Source of the DNA: an uncultured Candidatus Saccharibacteria bacterium
GTDB taxonomy: Bacteria > Patescibacteriota > Saccharimonadia > Saccharimonadales > UBA7683
Assembly: GCA_964632215.1 (NCBI GenBank)
Contig: CAZWBG010000001.1
Location: 46,589 to 110,588, forward strand
Direction of reading: 5' to 3'
DNA: 64,000 nt
A program made the translations under genes and the position numbers. Below, one piece after another: positions 40,669 to 49,364 of the stretch. Position 1 is the stretch's first letter; the number at the start of each line of letters is the position of its first letter. The notes below the pieces were generated by a model, which was not told where the DNA came from, ran no database searches, and saw only the letters and a program-made list of their open reading frames with translations.

Positions 40669-40782
40669 GGAATTTCTCCTTGGTTGTGAGTAAAACTAGG
40701 TCCAAAAAATAAAAAAACATCAGAAACAAACCCGCCTCTGACTAGTGTTTGATTATACAATAAGGTACCAAATTAAGCAATT

Positions 40783-41646
40783 TTAGGTATTGAATTCAAT
40801 ATCCTCAATATCTTGTACAAGTACAGCCATTTTCAGGTCGAGGTCCTCGTCGTGCATATTGATTGCTAATACCGGTACGGAAGAGTTGTCGTCTTCGCCT
40901 GCAGGGGTATTTAGTATTACAATCCCCAAGAAATTACCAGAGTATATTTCAGTACCAGTGTCCGCATCGGTTATGACCTCGAGACTATCTCCGTTTATTA
41001 CAAGCACACGTTCCGCTTGGAGTGTTATCGTCTCAAAGTCAAAGAGTTGGTTTAAATAGTTTTGATAACACTCAATCTGCAGATCACTGATTTCACCAAA
41101 ACGAAGCATGATGTATTCATTGAGTCCTCCAAGGTTGAACTTGTCTCCAAATATAATCTCATCGATATCTTGCGCCATCTCATCCGAATCATCAGGTATA
41201 AACGGAGTATCATCTTCCAAGCCGAAAGAAAGATTCATATCTGCAAAAGGTACAAATGTTTTATGTTGCACAAAGGTATCTTCAACAAGCGTTTGGTACA
41301 CAATAGGTTTTCCTGTATGGACGATCATCCCTAACTGCGGTGTTTCGTGTACTGTAGAGCAGACAACTCGATTAAATGTACCTTCGACATTTCCATCTGT
41401 GAAGATTGATCCCATAACGTGACCGTATTCATCTAAGTGAGGGACAACGATGCATTTTCCATGCAAAATGAGTGGTCTATTTTCGATAATTGGCGCAAGT
41501 TCTAGTGTGTAAGCCTCTAGCTCCTCTCTTAATTCTTCGCAAGGTATACCAAGTTCGAGTTGTCCTTGCAGGATTCTGAACTCATCAAGCAGATAATCGA
41601 TATATTCGCTTTCGTCTGATCTAATATTCTCGTGCGTACCGGACAT
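40783..41646 (-). CDS. hypothetical acidic protein
   Basis: The track ORF extends to 41877 and overlaps the GNAT gene. I trimmed it to ATG 41646 (MSGTHENIRSDESEY). No motif recognised. Confidence 0.5.
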   Translation of the reverse strand: MSGTHENIRSDESEYIDYLLDEFRILQGQLELGIPCEELREELEAYTLELAPIIENRPLILHGKCIVVPHLDEYGHVMGSIFTDGNVEGTFNRVVCSTVHETPQLGMIVHTGKPIVYQTLVEDTFVQHKTFVPFADMNLSFGLEDDTPFIPDDSDEMAQDIDEIIFGDKFNLGGLNEYIMLRFGEISDLQIECYQNYLNQLFDFETITLQAERVLVINGDSLEVITDADTGTEIYSGNFLGIVILNTPAGEDDNSSVPVLAINMHDEDLDLKMAVLVQDIEDIEFNT

Positions 41647-41788
41647 ATTGCTACGAGTATACGCTTCATTTCTCGTATATACACGAGCAGTATATCTTGA
41701 GATTTCTTGAAAATAAAAACGGCTCGCGGCGGGTGGGTGCAAGATTGTGCTTGCTACTCCACTCCGCCGCTTGCCGTTCATGAGGTAA

Positions 41789-42460
41789 TCAGCTGAAGCT
41801 GACGTGGTCCTCGGCCCACCTGATTGCCGTTTTTGCCCGCTTCCGCGCGGTCCGGTACTCGACTGGGATCGGATCACCGTGCCACCAGAAGTTCCAGTGG
41901 CACTTCAGCGGGTTGATCAGACTGTAGCTGGTCATACCTATGTACTGGCCATCAACGAAGCCAGTGTTCCGCTCCTGGAAGACTGGCACGTAGCCGACTG
42001 ACTCAAGCGCTTTGCGGCTGCCCGCGTTGGAATCGTACGCAGCTGACCTGATCTGAGCCAGGTTCAACTGGGTGAACCCGTACCAAGTGCGCGCCCTGTG
42101 GCAGTGCTTGGCAATTCCCTTGCCCCAGTATTCGGGACGGAAGATCAAGCAACCACTGACAGCGTAGGGCATCATTTCGCGATTGATACCGTTCAGGCTG
42201 GTGTTGCCGATCAGCGTGCGCCGATCGCCCTCTAGCACGTAGATCCCCCAGCAGACCGAGGTCTTGTCGCCCCGTGTCTTGTCGAACCACTCGTACTCAT
42301 CTTCGAGTACGGGCGCTCCCCCGGTGTGACCAAGAAGTCTGGTCACCCCATGGTTTTGCATGCCACCGTTCTCAACGAACACCGACATATCTTCTCGCGC
42401 CAGCGGGGCGAGCTCGATCTGGAGCTCCTCCACCTTAAAACGCATAACTGGTCCGAACAT
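41789..42460 (-). CDS. GNAT family N-acetyltransferase (RimJ/RimL-like)
   Basis: YWGKGIAKHCHRARTWYGFTQLNLAQIRSAAYDSNAGSRKALESVGY is the acetyl-CoA binding core. GC-rich. Confidence 0.7.
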   Translation of the reverse strand: MFGPVMRFKVEELQIELAPLAREDMSVFVENGGMQNHGVTRLLGHTGGAPVLEDEYEWFDKTRGDKTSVCWGIYVLEGDRRTLIGNTSLNGINREMMPYAVSGCLIFRPEYWGKGIAKHCHRARTWYGFTQLNLAQIRSAAYDSNAGSRKALESVGYVPVFQERNTGFVDGQYIGMTSYSLINPLKCHWNFWWHGDPIPVEYRTARKRAKTAIRWAEDHVSFS

Positions 42461-42609
42461 GATTGCTCCTTTTTACTCGGACATCTGCTATTGACCAAGA
42501 TTCTCACCTTGATCTCACGGTCGAATGACCGGATAAACCTCCTGACTGTAGTTTTTTGTATCAAAAAAGCCTCCATCGGGAGGCTCATCCTATGATTCGA
42601 GTATTGCTA

Positions 42610-42735
42610 TCACAAAACATCAAAGAACGAGCCAAAATCCATGCCTACTGCGGCTGGACTCTTGCCAGCAAACAGGTAGCCCATAGAATTTACTTGGGTT
42701 CGCTCAATCAAAACTGATGTATTATGATTTTCCAT
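42610..42735 (-). CDS. possible 41-aa peptide
   Basis: My reading: MENHNTSVLIERTQVNSMGYLFAGKSPAAVGMDFGSFFDVL. Followed on the minus strand by hairpin gcctcc-cgat-ggaggc plus TTTTTT (42562-42586). Below the track threshold. Confidence 0.25.
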   Translation of the reverse strand: MENHNTSVLIERTQVNSMGYLFAGKSPAAVGMDFGSFFDVL

Positions 42736-42830
42736 AATGCTTGACTATAGAACAATAATAAAGAAAAGTCAAACATATATTTAAATAAAGTGATTTTGTT
42801 TAAAAATTATCCCGATGATATGGTTGATCT

Positions 42831-43541
42831 ATGGCATATAACCCCGCCTGCTTACCAGTTGAGATTGAAAGTGTTGTTGATAACTTTGTCAGCACAAACG
42901 ATATATATACAGAGACGGCTCTGCAAGGTTACGATATGTCACCCCTTGAGGCAGCGCGACTGCGTGGAATATGGTCCATGTCCTCCCATTGCCCAGAAAG
43001 TGTTCTATTGTGTAATGATTTACGTAGTGCAGGCTTGTCTGCCACAAATATCTTTAATGAAAATGCATTCGAATATTCAAGTAATTTGGCGGGTGGCATA
43101 GTGACTATTGACACTCGTGTGACACACCTGATCACAAAAGTTGAAATTGACGACAGAGAAGTATTTATTGATCCGTATTGGCAACAATTCTTGGCATACA
43201 GCGGTGTTACAATCGAAGACGTAGAAGATAATCCAGGTTGTATTATTATGCCTAGCGAAAGAGTATTTTGTTATGAGTCTCAACATATAGATGACGTCGC
43301 TGACTACTACGCGCTAGTTGTTCGTACTTTGCAAGAGAAAGTAAGAAGAGGTGTTTTGAGGGGACGCGTAGCAAGCTTTACTAGAGAACTGTCTTTGGCC
43401 GCTATGATGTCTGGAGCACCGCAAGTAGATTCTGTCGACTATCATAATCTCAGCGCTAGTCGAGCTGTAGCCAAACAAATTTGGAGTCCGGAGCATTACC
43501 GCACTCTGAGTGATTCAGAATTGGCCGAGCTGACCTCATAA
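42831..43541 (+). CDS. hypothetical protein
   Basis: 236-aa ORF. A Cys...His...Asp spacing (SSHCPES ... THLITKVEIDDREVFIDPYW) is faintly reminiscent of transglutaminase-like/papain-like folds. Unverified. Confidence 0.5.
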   Translation: MAYNPACLPVEIESVVDNFVSTNDIYTETALQGYDMSPLEAARLRGIWSMSSHCPESVLLCNDLRSAGLSATNIFNENAFEYSSNLAGGIVTIDTRVTHLITKVEIDDREVFIDPYWQQFLAYSGVTIEDVEDNPGCIIMPSERVFCYESQHIDDVADYYALVVRTLQEKVRRGVLRGRVASFTRELSLAAMMSGAPQVDSVDYHNLSASRAVAKQIWSPEHYRTLSDSELAELTS

Positions 43542-43613
43542 TGACGGAAGTGGAGTTCCCTAGTTTTTGTATTTTTGACTTGCTAGGATACAGTTATAAA
43601 CAAGGAGAACAGT

Positions 43614-44318
43614 ATGAGTCACGAGGCAAAAATTCACGAAGCGCAAACAGCAATACTGAGAGAACTGTTATTTCACCCATCTGCGGGATTTGCACAACTA
43701 CAAAAACCAACAGGGCTCGATAGTGATCATTTCAAGTTTCATATCGCGCGGCTGGTGCAGCTTGAGTATGTAGCTAAGACTGGTGAGGGCAAATATACCC
43801 TAACGACTCGTGGCAAAGAGTATGCCAATAGGTTGGATACAGACAGAAACACTATCGAAAAACAACCCAAGCTTTCAGTGGTGCTGGTTATTGAGAATAA
43901 TGAGGGTAAATTCCTCCAACAAGAGCGCTTGAAGCAGCCCTTTTATGGCTTCTGGGGTTCTGCTACTGGAAAGGTTGGCTGGGGCGAAAAACTTTTGGAT
44001 GCCGCAGCACGGGAGTTGAAAGAAGAAACTGGCCTGACCGCTGATCTGCGAGTCTCGGGTCTCTTTCATAAGCTAGACTATCACAAGGTTACCAAGAAAC
44101 TACTGGAAGATAAGTATTTTGCAATCATTTACGGCGTAAATCCAACTGGTGAATTGATAGCCGATATGGAAGGTCACCACAATGAATGGCTTAGTAACGA
44201 CGAGGTGCATAATAAAGAAAAAGTGTTCGAATCAATTATTGAGACAATCGAAATTGCTCGGAGTGAAGGCTACGACTTTGTTGAGAAAAACTATTATTAT
44301 AATACCGAAGAATATTAA
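43614..44318 (+). CDS. winged-HTH / Nudix hydrolase fusion protein
   Basis: N-terminal ILRELLFHPSAGFAQLQKPTGLDSDHFKFHIARLVQLEYV (wHTH). Nudix box GKVGWGEKLLDAAARELKEETGL. Confidence 0.7.
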   Translation: MSHEAKIHEAQTAILRELLFHPSAGFAQLQKPTGLDSDHFKFHIARLVQLEYVAKTGEGKYTLTTRGKEYANRLDTDRNTIEKQPKLSVVLVIENNEGKFLQQERLKQPFYGFWGSATGKVGWGEKLLDAAARELKEETGLTADLRVSGLFHKLDYHKVTKKLLEDKYFAIIYGVNPTGELIADMEGHHNEWLSNDEVHNKEKVFESIIETIEIARSEGYDFVEKNYYYNTEEY

Positions 44319-44372
44319 ATTGCTTTTGGTTAACTTCTCAGGACACACTACACTTTATGAAGAGGATAACTT

Positions 44373-45004
44373 ATGACAAATCATGAATTAAGCGCTCAGG
44401 CAAGAGATACTAGTCAGCATGTTTTATTTATTGGCAGAATGAACATGGCATTTGCGTGAGTTGAGAGAGTGCCGATGTATGGTGATGGTCGCAGAGAATC
44501 AGACGTTGAACACAGTTACATGCTGGCCCTTACTGCACAATACCTGGCAAATGAAGATTATCCGGAACTTGATCAAGGACTGATTACACAGTTTAGTTGG
44601 TTACATGATTTGCCAGAAGTCATAACTGGCGATGTGCCAACGCTTGGTATATCGGCTGAGGCCCGAGCCGAGAAGGAGCGCCAAGAGGCGGTGGCTACCT
44701 ACTCATCACGGAGTTACCTGCAAGTCTAGGTCAGTTACTTGTTAGATATGAACAACAGGAGGAGTCTGAAGCGAGGTTCGTACGATTAGTAGATAAGCTA
44801 ATGCCACTTGTGGTGAATATTGAGGGTGACGGCATGAGCTCTCTTGAAGGGTATGGTATTCATACAGCTGCTGACTTAGTAGACGCAGAACTTGCTGCAA
44901 GTGAACGACTACGTGCAGCCTACCCTGAGTTTCCAAAAATTACTGATCTGCATGAGATGTTGATTCGTGAACGTGCAACCGCGGTGTTTGGCGAAAGTAG
45001 TTAG
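44373..45004 (+). pseudogene. HD-domain phosphohydrolase (YfbR/HD_3-like), disrupted
   Basis: In-frame TGA at 44457-44459, between MTNHELSAQARDTSQHVLFIGRMNMAFA and VERVPMYGDGRRESDVEHSYML...HDLPEVITGD. A frameshift near 44695-44705 leads into ITELPASLGQLLVRYEQQEESEARFVRLVDKLMPL... Confidence 0.65.
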
Positions 45005-45016
45005 TACTAAAAACAA

Positions 45017-45508
45017 CTAGCCTTCGATGATATCTTCAGGAGTAAGTAGATCTACAATTTCTTCAATATTGGTGATTATCTTATCAAAGTCTAGCCGACT
45101 TTCCGCAACGCGCCCATAAGGTATCCCAACAATATCAATTGTCACTTCGCCCCTGACACTCGACTTTACGTACTCACTTACGAATATGGAGTCATCTTCA
45201 TGTCTGGACATCCCATATGTTTGATAGAATAGATATTCACCGGCACCTATCGGAGGCTGTCCGATTACTGTCGGTGCGGTTTCTACGTAGAAACCACCAA
45301 CTTCGTGTGCTTTTGAAAGTTCATATGTAGTAAGTAGTGTATAGGCTGGATTGTGTCTTGCTATACTAAAGCTACCGTCAAACCAGTCATCTATGCCTAG
45401 TCGCCCGAAGGCTGAGGTTAGCTTATCATGAAGGGCATTCACACGGGCTTTCAGTTCCGCAAGGCTTTGCGGTTCTCTATCACTACTTTTTGATGGGATT
45501 TCGCTCAT
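45017..45508 (-). CDS. hypothetical protein
   Basis: 163-aa ORF downstream of the nucleotidyltransferase gene. No motif recognised. Confidence 0.5.
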   Translation of the reverse strand: MSEIPSKSSDREPQSLAELKARVNALHDKLTSAFGRLGIDDWFDGSFSIARHNPAYTLLTTYELSKAHEVGGFYVETAPTVIGQPPIGAGEYLFYQTYGMSRHEDDSIFVSEYVKSSVRGEVTIDIVGIPYGRVAESRLDFDKIITNIEEIVDLLTPEDIIEG

Positions 45509-45544
45509 ACACTATTCTAAACATGTATTAGCGCAGAATACAAC

Positions 45545-46318
45545 TCACCACTTATTCTTAAATGCGATGCCCTGGGATTTTAGTTGTGCGACGACTGTGT
45601 TCGTGGTTTCAAGAATTTGCTCAAGTGTAAGGTTTGGTTGCAGCAAGTTTGCCATCAGTCGAGCGTATTCTGGGGTATATTTTTCTATCAATCTCGGGTA
45701 TATATGCCAATTTTGCTCATATGGTGCACCGCTAAGAATCGCCAGTCCGTACACGCCGCGGTAAGTTCGTTTCCATACCTGTTTATATATTTGTTCTTCA
45801 GTAAGATCTTTGATTTCATCTTGAGCATCTCGTGCCCATAGTTCTAGTGGTCGATTTAGTAATGTAACTAATTCTAGGTTTGTTTTTGGTAAGATATAGG
45901 CAAAGTCAAGCTCACGGTATCTAGGTAAGTAAATACCGTCACTTTCGCACGCAAATAAGGTACTTCTGCGAAATTTATCATGAAACTCACTTTGTGGCAC
46001 TGCCATAACATCAAGCTTGGCTACGCCACGCTCCTTCCATTTAGGAAGAATTTCATCGAGCAGTTTTTCTCGTTTTTCAAAATGACCATCTTCGAAGTCG
46101 TTCTTTATGAAAATGGTGATATCGGCGTCGCTTTCATTCGGCACAAAATCACCTCGCGGGATACTGCCGTGCCAGTTAATGCTAAGAACATCCGGGTACA
46201 CCTCTTCGGCAATACGAGAGATGTCATCTCCAAGTTCTCTTAGGTCTTCCGGTACATTCTCGTATCGAGAGCGGTTTACAATAATAGGTCTCAGTTCAGG
46301 TGCAGATTCTTTTAACAT
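45545..46318 (-). CDS. nucleotidyltransferase-domain protein (Pol-beta superfamily, ANT/MNT-like)
   Basis: HGSIPRGDFVPNESDADITIF matches GS-x9-11-D-x-D. Confidence 0.6.
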   Translation of the reverse strand: MLKESAPELRPIIVNRSRYENVPEDLRELGDDISRIAEEVYPDVLSINWHGSIPRGDFVPNESDADITIFIKNDFEDGHFEKREKLLDEILPKWKERGVAKLDVMAVPQSEFHDKFRRSTLFACESDGIYLPRYRELDFAYILPKTNLELVTLLNRPLELWARDAQDEIKDLTEEQIYKQVWKRTYRGVYGLAILSGAPYEQNWHIYPRLIEKYTPEYARLMANLLQPNLTLEQILETTNTVVAQLKSQGIAFKNKW

Positions 46319-46352
46319 ACTCCTATGATATAAGAGGAATCATATCTGGGCA

Positions 46353-47375
46353 ATGAGTCGGTATAAGATAGCGACCGTTTGTTATACTAGCTTGGTGATA
46401 GACTTTGATTTACCCAAGGAGCTTATTGCTCAGGAGCCAGCGCAACCGCGAGATCATGCTCGCCTTTTGGTGTATAACCGCGCAACTAAGCAGATTACTG
46501 ACGATTACTTCTATAATCTGCTAGAGTATTTGCCTGATCCCACCTGCGTGGTGGTTAATAATTCTAAGGTTGAGCATTGCCGAATGCTCTTTAAAGATGG
46601 CAAACAAGAGATCTTTATCTTAGAGACGGTTAACGATAAAACAGTACGAGCTTTGGTGCGTCCGGGTAAGTTATTTCGTCTTGGAAAGAGCCTGCAGCTG
46701 ACTGAGAACGTATCGGTTACGACAACCGCTATAGATGATGACGGTATTCGTACTCTGGAGTTCTCGACTACTGTCGATCATCCAGAGTTGGTGGCGGCTC
46801 AGCATGTTCCCCTCCCTCCATATATTGCTCAGAATGATACTTTAGCTGAAGAGTACCAAACGATTTATGCCAAAGATATTGGCTCTAAGGCGGCACCGAC
46901 GGCAGGGCTTCACTTCACACCAGAACTTATCAGGAAGATAAAAGATACTCGAGATTGGCAAGAGGTTACGTTGCATGTTAGTCTTGGTACCTTTGCACCG
47001 CTAACCGATGAGCAGCGAGCAGCAGGCAGGTTGCATAAAGAGACCTATGAGATTACTGAGCTTGCCGCGGAGGCTATTACGAGAGCGCCACACATTACGG
47101 CAGTCGGTACCACGAGTGTTCGCACCCTCGAGAGTAGCTGGATGGATGGTAGCCTGCAGGCTGGAAGTGGCTCGACAGACATTTTCATCCAACCAGGATA
47201 TGAATTTAAACGGGCTAATGCACTGATTACTAATTTTCACCTACCTGGTACCAGTCTACTACTTATGATTGAGGCATTTGTGGGGTCAAAAAGTGAACTT
47301 ATGACAATATATAGTCATGCAATCGAGCAAAAATATCGTTTTTACTCCTTTGGTGACGCTATGCTCGTCTTTTAG
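46353..47375 (+). CDS. queA: S-adenosylmethionine:tRNA ribosyltransferase-isomerase
   Basis: DFDLPKELIAQEPAQPRDHARLLV; AAPTAGLHFT; GTTSVRTLES; YRFYSFGDAMLV. The true start may be slightly downstream. Confidence 0.85.
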   Translation: MSRYKIATVCYTSLVIDFDLPKELIAQEPAQPRDHARLLVYNRATKQITDDYFYNLLEYLPDPTCVVVNNSKVEHCRMLFKDGKQEIFILETVNDKTVRALVRPGKLFRLGKSLQLTENVSVTTTAIDDDGIRTLEFSTTVDHPELVAAQHVPLPPYIAQNDTLAEEYQTIYAKDIGSKAAPTAGLHFTPELIRKIKDTRDWQEVTLHVSLGTFAPLTDEQRAAGRLHKETYEITELAAEAITRAPHITAVGTTSVRTLESSWMDGSLQAGSGSTDIFIQPGYEFKRANALITNFHLPGTSLLLMIEAFVGSKSELMTIYSHAIEQKYRFYSFGDAMLVF

Positions 47376-47679
47376 CTGCAAGCCATTGTCTGCGGATTTG
47401 ACGGCGCTCTGTTTCAGTTATACCACCCCAGATACCACTATCTTGATTAGTAGTTAGGGCGTAGTCTAAGCAGTCGGCCTTGACAACACATGCGTCGCAT
47501 ATTGTTTTGGCGGCTGCTATCTGTGCAAGAGCTGGGCCAGTGTTACTTTTCGGAAAGAAGATATCTGGATCTGTTCCTCGACATTTTGCATAGACTTGCC
47601 AGTCGTCGCCATCTTCTCTTTCATTTGGTATAGCGTTAGGGTTAGACATAATGTATACATTATACAACATACTTGTCAT
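47359..47679 (-). CDS. whiB: WhiB-like (Wbl) iron-sulfur transcription factor
   Basis: C-x(n)-C-x2-C-x5-C (AKCRGTDPDIFF ... CDACVVKADC); GIWGG turn; basic tail RRQIRRQWLAAKRRA. The alternative start ATG 47649 lies 9 nt after an internal TATAAT. Confidence 0.8.
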   Translation of the reverse strand: MTSMLYNVYIMSNPNAIPNEREDGDDWQVYAKCRGTDPDIFFPKSNTGPALAQIAAAKTICDACVVKADCLDYALTTNQDSGIWGGITETERRQIRRQWLAAKRRA

Positions 47680-47697
47680 AAAATAAAGCGAGTGGTA

Positions 47698-48993
47698 TCA
47701 CACCTTCTTTTTTAATATAACCAGATTTTCGATGTGTGGGGTCCGTGGAAAGAAGTTGTAGCCGTGGATGTAACTAATTTCATAGACATCGTGCAAGTAT
47801 GAAATGTCTCGAGCTTGGGTAGCTGGATTACAGCTCAAATAGATAATTGTCTCAGGTGTTACTTCAAGCAGCCTGTCAGTAACATTTTGGTGTAATCCTG
47901 CTCGTGGTGGATCTAATATAATTGTTTTGTCGCTCGTAATGTTTTCAGTGGCGTGCTCAGAACTGGCAAAGATTACTTTTGCATTCGGTTTTATACGCTT
48001 GGCATTCGCTTTGGCTTCTTTAACGCAGCGCTCGTCTATCTCTACCATCTTCAATGCCTGTGTTTCAGCTGCAAGGCTGAGGCCGATGCTACCTGTTCCG
48101 CTATACATGTCTAGAAGTGGTTTTTTCTCGTCAATAAACTTACTTATAGCGGTGAGTGCTGCTTCGTACTGAGGGATATTAACCTGAAAGAAGCCATCAA
48201 CTGCGTATGTGTAGCTTTTGCCCAAAACTGTGTCGGTCAATTGCTGTTCGCCTAGTTCTTTTAGAACTTTTGTACTTACGGATGCTGGACTTTTTGGGTT
48301 TGAGAAGTGGATACTGAGCCCGGCCACTGCTAAATCTTCAAGTTGCCATTTAAGTTTGGGAAATTTCTCATCTTTAACATAGAGTTGAGCGATAACTTTA
48401 CCAGATTGGTCGCAGCGGATCATTAAAGTCTTAAGTTGGTATGCTTCTACCTTATTCTCACGTAGAAAATCTCTAATATTGCGCGCTGCTTGGTTGAGTG
48501 TTTCGGGAGCAAGGCTGGTGCCTTCCACTGGCTGTTTGGTATGTGAGCCGCGTTTGAAGAAAGCTAGATCTAGCTGATCTTCTTCATTGCTCCACCACCA
48601 GCTGAACTCTACTTTATTACGATAGCCGTAGGGCTCTTTTGGTGCACTAAAATCATTCAATGTTACTTTTATGTCATGCTGTGCAAACTGGTCTACTATC
48701 AGCTCTTGCTTGAGAGCATTCTCGTCAGTATAATCTAGAATTTGCCACGGGCTAGTGCTCAAATAGCTTTGCTCTTTGGCCGCAACTCGCTGCTTACTTG
48801 GGGTGATAACTTCCTCTACTATCCCCTCTGCCCAGCTCTTCTTGTTCTTCGTTAGTCGTACTTTTACGGTCTCGCCAGGTAGTGCGCCCCAGACAAAAAC
48901 CTTCTTGCCATCTTCGAGGCTACCGAGTGCTTGGCCGCCATAGACAATCTTATCTATTGTGAGAGTTTCGTATTTTGGTTCTTTCATGTCCAC
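47698..48993 (-). CDS. 23S rRNA (uracil-5-)-methyltransferase, RlmD/RumA family
   Basis: N-terminal TRAM-like domain; DMYSGTGSIGLSLA; ILDPPRAGL; YLSCNPATQARD. Confidence 0.8.
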   Translation of the reverse strand: MDMKEPKYETLTIDKIVYGGQALGSLEDGKKVFVWGALPGETVKVRLTKNKKSWAEGIVEEVITPSKQRVAAKEQSYLSTSPWQILDYTDENALKQELIVDQFAQHDIKVTLNDFSAPKEPYGYRNKVEFSWWWSNEEDQLDLAFFKRGSHTKQPVEGTSLAPETLNQAARNIRDFLRENKVEAYQLKTLMIRCDQSGKVIAQLYVKDEKFPKLKWQLEDLAVAGLSIHFSNPKSPASVSTKVLKELGEQQLTDTVLGKSYTYAVDGFFQVNIPQYEAALTAISKFIDEKKPLLDMYSGTGSIGLSLAAETQALKMVEIDERCVKEAKANAKRIKPNAKVIFASSEHATENITSDKTIILDPPRAGLHQNVTDRLLEVTPETIIYLSCNPATQARDISYLHDVYEISYIHGYNFFPRTPHIENLVILKKKV

Positions 48994-49096
48994 CTAGTAT
49001 ACAGTAGGTTGGTCTCTTGGGTTGCTTCAGATCGCCAAAACAGATACAATATTGTTGCTTCTCTGTTATATATGTAGTGTATATTCAGAGATTTAG

Positions 49097-49171
49097 TGGG
49101 GCGTGGCCAAGTGGTAAGGCATCGGCTTTTGGTGCCGACATTCGGGGGTTCGAATCCCTCCGCCCCAGCCA
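49097..49171 (+). tRNA. tRNA-Gln (anticodon TTG), CCA encoded
   Basis: Hand-folded. Acceptor tggggcg/cgcccca. Anticodon stem tcggc/gccga with loop ttTTGgt. T arm ggggg-ttcgaat-ccctc. Discriminator g plus cca. Confidence 0.9.
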
Positions 49172-49179
49172 TGCAAAGT

Positions 49180-49204
49180 GTCGAGTCTTCTGACTCGACT
49201 TTTT
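49180..49204 (+). terminator. rho-independent terminator of tRNA-Gln
   Basis: gtcgagtc-ttct-gactcgac followed by ttttt. Confidence 0.7.
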
Positions 49205-49327
49205 GCATCTTTGAGTCGGTGAGGTTTAAACACGCGAGTGAACATTCGGGGTGAGAAATGCCTGTGGCATTTCGCAAGGAAACCTACTCTTCAAAACTAG
49301 TTTTTGAAAGCTGTAGTTTCGGGCCTG

Positions 49328-49364
49328 CTGAAAGTAGGTCGAATCCCTCCGCCCCAGCCAAGAC
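49328..49364 (+). repeat. att-like junction copy R1 (contains an exact 22-nt duplicate of the tRNA-Gln 3' end)
   Basis: tcgaatccctccgccccagcca at 49339-49360 is identical to 49150-49171. Flanked by ctgaaagtagg and agac. Followed by hairpin 49381-49402 plus T-run. Confidence 0.85.

Noticed and set aside
39391-40693. Several plus-strand ORFs (136, 79, 115, 124, 148 and 66 aa) across the dapD locus
   Set aside because: All are antisense to a gene with clear DapD motifs. Long spurious antisense ORFs are expected in locally GC-rich DNA. They have no start context and no motifs.
41647-41877. 5' extension of ORF 40783..41877 (basic, Gly/Ser/Arg-rich N-terminus)
   Set aside because: The extension overlaps the 3' end of the GNAT gene by 89 nt and has an atypical composition. 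The internal ATG at 41646 gives a coherent acidic protein.
44457-44459. In-frame TGA in the HD-domain gene as evidence for TGA recoding (genetic code 25/4)
   Set aside because: Many well-supported genes in the window terminate at TGA exactly where homologues end, for example atpF at 26685-26687, atpG at 30059-30061 and the GT2 at 62906-62908. The same gene also carries a frameshift, so a pseudogene or a sequencing error is more parsimonious.
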